A DNA stretch of 18,240 bases from Candidatus Methylomirabilota bacterium (GTDB lineage Bacteria; Methylomirabilota; Methylomirabilia; Rokubacteriales; CSP1-6): NCBI GenBank assembly GCA_046726415.1, contig JBKPAK010000268.1, positions 1 through 18,240 on the forward strand, in the 5' to 3' direction. The notes beneath the pieces were generated by a model. It did not search any database. It worked only from the letters and a program-made list of their open reading frames with translations, and had not been told where the DNA came from. The position numbers were made by a program, and so were the translations under genes. This document shows positions 16,717 through 18,240 of this stretch, piece after piece (position 1 is the stretch's first letter; each line of letters starts with the position of its first letter).

Positions 16717-17298
16717 TCAGCAGTTGTCGTACTTGCCCAGCACGTAAGACGAGATCTTGCCCGACTCCAGATCATAGCGGCAGCGCTGAAGACCGACGAG
16801 GTCCGTGCCGTAGACGTGGATCTCGACGGTGGGACGGTCGCTGAAGTTGTCGAGTTGATGGATTTCGTCCACGTCGGGAATCAGCAGCGACACCTCGCCC
16901 GACTTCACCAGCACCGCTCGGTCCTTCTCCAGCGTGGCGTAAGCCTCGCGGTGGCGATCGTCCACGCGGCGGAAGCGCGTCTCCTGGATGGCGTTGTCCA
17001 TCACGCCGATCATCCCCCACGTGTGGTGGTCGTGCGGGCCAGCGTGCGAGCCCGGCCCCCACACGACGCTGGTGACGGACAGACCCGGCCCGCGGTGCAA
17101 CACGTAGCTGCCGCCGCCCGGGCGTCGTCCACTCGCTGAGGGCCGCCGGAACTGTTCCGGTATCGACTCGGGGGCACGCACCAGCCGCTCGATGAGACGC
17201 GACCCGCGGTCGAATAGGGTCGCCTGGTCGGGCTGCGTGGCGACCAGGTCGGTCATGTCGTGGATGAACTCGTCCAGCGTGTACTTGGTCAGCGTCAT
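16717..17298 (-). CDS. Cysteine-dioxygenase-family cupin (thiol dioxygenase-like)
   Basis: VVWGPG...PHDHHTWGMIGV (HxH), EIHQL (third His), IHVYG. GGAGG RBS. Confidence 0.85.
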   Translation of the reverse strand: MTLTKYTLDEFIHDMTDLVATQPDQATLFDRGSRLIERLVRAPESIPEQFRRPSASGRRPGGGSYVLHRGPGLSVTSVVWGPGSHAGPHDHHTWGMIGVMDNAIQETRFRRVDDRHREAYATLEKDRAVLVKSGEVSLLIPDVDEIHQLDNFSDRPTVEIHVYGTDLVGLQRCRYDLESGKISSYVLGKYDNC

Positions 17299-17408
17299 GG
17301 TCTCGCCTCCCGGTGTGACGCCTCAGCATAGAGGGGCCCGGCGCGCGTCGATCGGCAGGGACGCAACCAGGCGGATACCCTCGGCGTCTCGAAGCGTTTC
17401 GGCCTCAT

Positions 17409-18240
17409 CTACACGCGGAACGAGGCATGATCCACGGTCCACTGCTTGAGCAGATCGGGATCGGGCTCCTGGGGGATGCCGGGCACCCGTGAGGTGGCGA
17501 CCTCGCCGGCGCCGCTGAGAACGATCTCGGGTTTGCCGAGGTCGTTTCGGTAGAAGTACGAGGACGGGAAGATGTCGCCGGGATAGGTGAAGTTCGGCAA
17601 GGTCGCCAGCTCGGCGCAGATCGCGCCGCCGATGGCGCTCTCGAGCATGCCGCCCACCCAGCACGGGATGCCGTGCTCGGCGCACAGCGCCTGGATCTCG
17701 CGCGACGCCGTCAGCCCGCCGACGCGGGCCATCTTGATGTTGACGACCTTGCAGCTCCCCAGCCGGATCGCGGCCTGGACGTGCGCCAAGCTCAGCGCGC
17801 TCTCGTCCAGACAGATGGGCGTCTCGATCCGGGCCTGAAGATCCGCGTGATCGACCAGGCTTTTGCCGTCGTCGGCCAGCGGTTGCTCGATCATGGCGAG
17901 GCGATACCGGTCCAGCGCGCGGAACAGGTCGGCGTCGGCCAGGGTGTAGGCGGCGTTGCAGTCGACGTGGAACGTGAAGCCCGGGAACGTGGACCGGACG
18001 GCGTCCACCATGTCGAGGTCCCAGCCGGGCCGGAACTTGAGCTTGATCCGGGGGAAGCCCTGGTCGATGGCCCCCTGGATCTTCTGCATCAGGATGTCCA
18101 GCGAGTCCTGGATGCCGAAGTCGGCCCCGACCGCCACCCGATCGCCCGTGCCGCCGAGGGCCGTGTGCAGCGGCACCCCTTGCCGCCTGGCCTCCAGCAC
18201 CCACCAGGTGATCTCCAGGGCGGCCCGTGCGAACTGATTG
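17409..18240 (-). CDS. menC: o-succinylbenzoate synthase / N-succinylamino acid racemase (OSBS/NSAR subfamily), 5' end outside window
   Basis: RIKLK, HVDCNAAY, MIEQP, CLDES, NIKMARVGG, WVGGMLES, YPGDIFPS. Frame is open to the window end (NQFARAALEITWW). Confidence 0.85.
   Translation of the reverse strand, partial: NQFARAALEITWWVLEARRQGVPLHTALGGTGDRVAVGADFGIQDSLDILMQKIQGAIDQGFPRIKLKFRPGWDLDMVDAVRSTFPGFTFHVDCNAAYTLADADLFRALDRYRLAMIEQPLADDGKSLVDHADLQARIETPICLDESALSLAHVQAAIRLGSCKVVNIKMARVGGLTASREIQALCAEHGIPCWVGGMLESAIGGAICAELATLPNFTYPGDIFPSSYFYRNDLGKPEIVLSGAGEVATSRVPGIPQEPDPDLLKQWTVDHASFRV

Noticed and set aside
1-18240. CRISPR array, tRNA or rRNA
   Set aside because: No regularly spaced repeats or cloverleaf/T-loop signatures seen; intergenic gaps are short.

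Overview
High-GC bacterial chromosomal segment; gene style and a GC-rich intergenic palindromic element suggest Candidatus Rokubacteria/Methylomirabilota, but this is inference only. Left (1-4.4 kb, minus strand): a decaying defence locus. A type I R-M operon carries a type IV AbiEi/AbiEii toxin-antitoxin pair between hsdM and hsdS. hsdM is frameshifted and lacks its catalytic core, abiEii is frameshifted, hsdS is clipped by an IS1380-family element, and only the antitoxin and its palindromic operator look intact. Middle (4.5-13.3 kb, minus): a secreted metallophosphoesterase, a family-5 ABC importer (SBP-DppC-DppB, no ATPase), an LLM oxidoreductase preceded by remnants of a C-N hydrolase and a cyclic amidohydrolase, and a four-domain rhodanese. 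Right: a mandelate-racemase-like enzyme, a CPXCG-type Cys-rich protein, a second LLM oxidoreductase, a cytidylate-kinase-like/BON protein, a thiol-dioxygenase-like cupin and a partial OSBS/NSAR enzyme. The most striking pattern is five deletion-like junctions in about 10 kb, where a gene start is joined to downstream sequence and the middle is missing. No tRNA, rRNA or CRISPR array was seen, and I cannot firmly support a wholly new intact system.
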